A DNA stretch of 64,000 nucleotides. Source: the human T2T-CHM13v2.0 reference genome, Homo sapiens. The notes beneath the pieces are model-generated. The model worked only from the letters and a program-made list of their open reading frames with translations, was not told the origin of the DNA and searched no databases. Below, piece after piece: positions 58,604 through 64,000 of this stretch. The position numbers were made by a program, and so were the translations under genes. Each line of letters opens with the position of its first letter. Within the stretch, counting starts at the first letter, position 1. The stretch is taken from NCBI RefSeq assembly GCF_009914755.1, contig NC_060927.1; one strand, 5' to 3'.

Positions 58604-60945
58604 ACTTTTTCAAGAAAACTTACTCTTCATTTTGTTTATCTTTTTATTTATTTTTTACTCTTTTATTTATAGTATAATCTGTACTATTTCCTTCCTTCTA
58701 TTAATTTTGGGCTTAGTTTGTTTATTTCTATAGATCCTTCAGTTGCAATATTAGGTTTTTTTTTTGAAATCTTTCTCTTTTTTTTGCTGTGTCTATTGCT
58801 CTAAACTTCCCTCTTAGAACTGCATTTACTGCATCCCATTGATTTTGTATGAATTTTTTTTCCCATTTTTGTTTGTCCCCCCAAAATTTTTTAAATTTCT
58901 TTTTAATGTCTTAATTGACCGATTAGTTATTCAGGAACATGTTGTTTAATTTTCACATATTTGTAAATTTTAATAATTTCAGCATTTTTAAAATTTATCG
59001 TTCTGTTATTGATGTCTAGTTTTATACTGTTGTGGTCGGAAAAAATATTTGATATAATTTCGATATTTTAAAATCTGTTAGGACTTATTTTGTGGCCTAA
59101 CATATGATCTATCCTGAACAATTTTCAATGTGCAGTTTAGAACATATATAGTCTGCAATTGTTGGATGGAATATTCTATATATTTCTGCTAGGTCTACTA
59201 GGCCTAGAAGGTGGTTAAAGACTGAAGTTTCCCTACTGATTTTCTGACTGGATGATCTGTCCACTGCTGAAAATGGAGTGTTAAAGTCCCCTAATGTTAT
59301 TGTGTTACTATGTCTTCCTTAAGATTTATTATTTTTTTGCTTTATGTATTTAAGTGCTTGAATCTTGAGTACATATATGTGTGCATATATATGCAAATGA
59401 ATATATAAATTCATACACATATATATATACATATTTGCAACTGAAAAGCAAAAGAGAAGAGGAGTAGCTATACTTATCCCAGATAAAATAGACTTTACAT
59501 CAAAAAATATAAAAAGAAACAAGGTCATTATATGATAAACGGGTCAGTTCAGCAAGAAGATATAATGGTATATATATGTGTGTATATGTATGTGTACAAT
59601 CTTGAGTATATATTTATATACTCTTTGGTGGGAGACATTGTATTACTGATTCCATCTCCTTTCTTGTTACTGGTCTTTTCAGAATTTCTGTTTCTTCCTA
59701 ATACAATCTTGGTAGGTTATATGTGTCCAGAAATTTATCAATTTTTTCATGTACTCAAGATAGTATTTTGTATATAAATATATACAATTGTATCTTCTTG
59801 CTGCATTGATCCCTTTATCATTATATAATGACATTCTTTGTTTCTTCTTACAGTTTTTGATAAAAAACCTATTTTATCTGATATAACTATAGCTATTCCT
59901 CTTCTCTTTTGCTTTTCATTTGCATGGACTATCTTTTTCCATTTCTTCATTGTTAGTCTACATGTGTTCCCAAAGATGAAGTTAGTCTTTTGTAGGCAGG
60001 ATATGGTAGGGTCTTTTTTTTAACTTCATTAAGCCACTCTATGTCTTTTAATTGGATAATATAGTTCATTTACGTTCAAGGTAATTATAGATAGGTAAGA
60101 AATTTTTAATATCATTTCATTAATTTTTTTTAGGTTTTCTTATAAATTCTTTTGTTCTTTCCTATTTTTTTACTTTGTGGTTAAGTATTTTTCTTAGTAG
60201 TATGGGTGATTTCTTGTTTTTTATTTTTTGTGTATCTATTATAGGTTTTTGCTTTGTGGTTACCATAAGACTTAACAAAAAATCTTACAGCTGTAACCAT
60301 TATTTTAAACAGAAACAACTTAGCTTTTTTTTACAAAAGAAAGTACATTTTCACTCCATTCCCCTCTCGTTTCGAATTTTAGATGTCACTATTTACATCT
60401 ACTTATATTTTATATCCCTTAACAAACTATCGTACTTACTATTTTTAGTAGTTTTTTTCTTTTAACCTTCATACTAAAGATATGTGATGTACACATCATC
60501 ATTACAGTATTATTCTAAATTTGACTGTGTACTTATTTTTGCAAGTAAATTCTCTGCTTTCAAAAGTGTTTGTGTTACTCAGTAGCATTATTTTCATTGA
60601 GCTTAAAGAACTCCCTTTAGCTTTTCTTATAAGAAAAATCAGGTGGTTGTGAACCCCACCAACTAAGAGTTTCACCAGCTCTTAATAACCAACTTTTGAT
60701 TGTCTGGGAAGTTTATCTCTGTTTTGTGTCTGAAGGATAGCTTTGCTGGGCACAGTATTCTTGATTGGCATTATTTTTTCCTTCAGCACTTTAAATATAT
60801 ATCATCCCACTCCCTCTTGGCCTTAAGGTTCTTGCTTAAAATTCTGCTGCTAGGTATACTGAACCTCCCTTGTATGTTATTTGCCTCTTCTCACTTGTTG
60901 TTTTCAGAATCTTCTTTTCATCTCGTTCTTTGAAAGTTTGATTCT

Positions 60946-61318
<373 letters not shown>

Positions 61319-64000
61319 TCATCTGATTGCTGACCTTTGACCTTCATGTGCCTGGATATTCACATCTTTCTACAGATTTAAAACGTTTTCTGATTTATTT
61401 CTTTAAACATTATATGCCTTTGTTTTTCTCTGTTGTCTCTTGAACTCCAATATCTACAATTGTTGCTCTTCTGTTGCCATAAATCCTACAAACTCTCTTC
61501 ATTCCTTTTTGATCTTTACTTCTCCTCTGACTATATATTTTCTAATAACCTACTGGTAAGTCTACGGATTCTTTGTTCTGCTTGACTCATTATGCTACTG
61601 ATGCTCTTTGTTGCCTTTCTCATTTAGTTCATTGTATTTTTTTTCAGCTCCAAGATTTCTGTTTGATTTTATTATGTTAATCTCTGTTAAATTTCTCACT
61701 ATTTTCACTCATTGTTTTCCTCATCCTATTGATTTTTTTCTGTGCAGGTGTGTGTGTGTATGTGTGTGTGTGTGTGTGTTTTGAAGCTTGATGATCTTTC
61801 TTAAAACCATTATTTTGAATGGCTTGTTGGGCAGTTTATACATCTTTTTCTCTTTGGGTTAATCATTGGTACTTTATTTTGTCCAGTTGTTGACATATTT
61901 CCTTGATTACTCTTAATCTTTGTGGTTATGCATCATTGTCTGCACACTGAAGATTCAAAGTAGGTATTTAGTAGAGTCTTCACAATCTGGCATTGTCTGA
62001 AAACCCCATTCAATGGTAAGCCTGTACAAAGATTCTGGGAAGGACTATGTCATAGTCCCTAAGCCTGTGACCACTGAAAACAGTGCCATTGAAGTGCTAG
62101 GGGTTTCACTAAGTGTAAGACCATCACTGTTGGTTTAGCACCAAGATGGAATTCTGTATCTATCAAATCTAGCACTGCACCCAAAGCATCTTTCACTGTG
62201 CCGAAAGCCCATAGTCACTGAGGCCAGTGCAGCACTCTGCTGAAGTCCACAGCTGCTGAGACCTGCCTATTGCTGTGGGTTATTAGAAGCCCAAGGCCAC
62301 TGTAGTCAGCTGACAGTGATATCCACAGGAACCTATCTATTTCACCGGGACTATGGCTCCCTACCTAATGTGAAAGCAGGCCTTGTGGCTCAGTCCATGC
62401 TACCAGCCTGCATTCGGGGTCATGCAGTTCTCCCTAGTGCTGGGTTCTACTATGGTGGACCTGGTGTTGTAGACCGACATGGAGCCTTAGGTTCACTTTC
62501 CTCTTTTTCTCCCAAGTGAATAGCATCTGTTTCCTTGTGCTGCAGTGAGAAAGAGGTGATGCAATTAATGTAAAATTATCCCTCCTGCCATCTTCAATGT
62601 GACTTTTCTTATTTTCATGCTATAACCAAGTACTCTGATTTATCATCTGGCTTCCTTAGCTCTTATGATATTTTGGGACACAGATAGTTGTTCAAATTGA
62701 TATTTCTGTGAGGGAATAATTGATGGGGAGTTATATTCCACCATGTTATCTTCAACAACAACAACAACAAAAAGTCTACAAGATTTTTCTTTATTTCAGG
62801 AAATGGAAGTTGTATCTCAAAAAAACTTTGGCATCAAATTCTTAAGAAATTCTTGAGTTTTTTGTAAAGTTGATACTCTGATTATGTATGCATTTAGAGT
62901 GGGGCTACAGTAAAGCAATATAATCTATTATGAAAATAAAATTAAAAATGTTCAAAATATTTAAGGACGTGAGATTATTTAGGATCTGTTCATGAAAATT
63001 TCATTTGAAATTTGGAGACAAAGTTTAACTAGTAGTTTTAAGGATTAAGGAAGGTAAAGGCAACTAATTTGTTGTAAGAGTTAAGTAACTTTATCATTAA
63101 GAGTTTTTACCTTTTGACTTGTCTTTAGCAAAACCTGACTTCCTTTAGACAGGAGTGTTGTTACCACAGTTCAAACTCTCTTTGCCTTGGTGACTGCTGC
63201 TATTCTGAGAAATGAGAATGGCACTAGTAAGACCAAAAGGTCATGATCAAACCTTAAATGAACTTAAGAATTATGATCCAAATTGGGTTTGCTAATTAAT
63301 TAGAGAACTAATACATTATAACATTGATATTTGTCATCTTTCTATCATTAACCTTTATGCTCCAGCTAGATGTCAGTAAGAGAAGACATTAATGTCAGAT
63401 TCACCAACATTTAGAGACAGATTCATATTCTTTATTGTGCTAATTTCCTTTTTAAATAGAAAGTAAGGAGCAGTAAGAAACCTTGTTTCACAACTCTTCT
63501 TCCTTGAGCAAGAGCACATAACCAAGTGACAAAATAGTGGAAGCCGTGGACAACTGGGAAAATATCTCTTCTATTTCCACAGTTGCTTCCATGGACATAT
63601 TTGTCAGAGTTTCTATGCCATTTTTCTTTGCCCACACAAATGTTGGGAGTGGTCATTAAAGAGCCCTACAAGCGTTACATGGTAACAATGTCCGACACTC
63701 AAATTGCTGACAATGTAGCAACGCATTAATGTTGAAATGTTTGGTGATTGGAAAGAAATCCATTTGCACCTATTCTCACAGATATTAAGAATTTTAAATT
63801 TTCTTCAGAGTTCTTCTCTTCTATAAAGAATTATACTAGCACATAAAGGAACTATTTACTGAAATATGTAGTTTTGTCATTTACAAAGTGAGTTACATTA
63901 AAAATACATTGAAGTGAAGAATCTTTTACTTATTCCTCGCTGGATACAACTCTCAGGTAATCTGTTTAGTTACAGTACCTCCTTTTATTTGATATTGTTT

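Noticed and set aside
63432-63656. 74-aa minus-strand ORF and other short ORFs in unique DNA (e.g. 1204-1497, 27013-27366, 28618-28890)
   Set aside because: No recognisable domain, and lengths are expected by chance.
63809-63887. Candidate 79-bp exon (TTTTCTTCAG ... AAA/GTGAGT), and acceptor-like sites near 11062 and 62799
   Set aside because: Such signals are common in AT-rich DNA; no recognisable protein and no supporting evidence.

Overview
Non-coding, AT-rich primate (very likely human or hominoid) genomic DNA made mostly of interspersed repeats. I see no protein-coding exon, RNA gene or CpG island, and I cannot identify the locus. Main contents: a full-length but inactivated L1PA4/5-like LINE-1 (+, ~2785-8930); four large older L1MA copies (14765-17720 -, 29170-32635 +, 46472-52085 -, 54498-62750 -); several short L1PA 3' stubs; 11 Alus; MaLR/ERVL LTR relics; L2, MIR, MER58A and probable MamSINE1 relics; and microsatellites. 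The most striking feature is a perfect 66-unit (ATTTT)n array (41519-41848) grown from the tail of an AluSp that sits inside an LTR16-like element. This is the same architecture as the FAME and SCA37 pentanucleotide-expansion loci, but without a TTTCA insertion. An ATG in the Alu target-site duplication opens a 204-aa poly(FYFIL) reading frame through the array. Other points of interest are a multi-segment templated rearrangement inside an L1MA (59361-59925), a compound AT-rich palindrome (27463-27679), nested retrotransposon stacks and two transcription-factor motif clusters. Repeat subfamily calls come from recalled consensus features, not from a RepeatMasker run, and boundaries of old elements are approximate.
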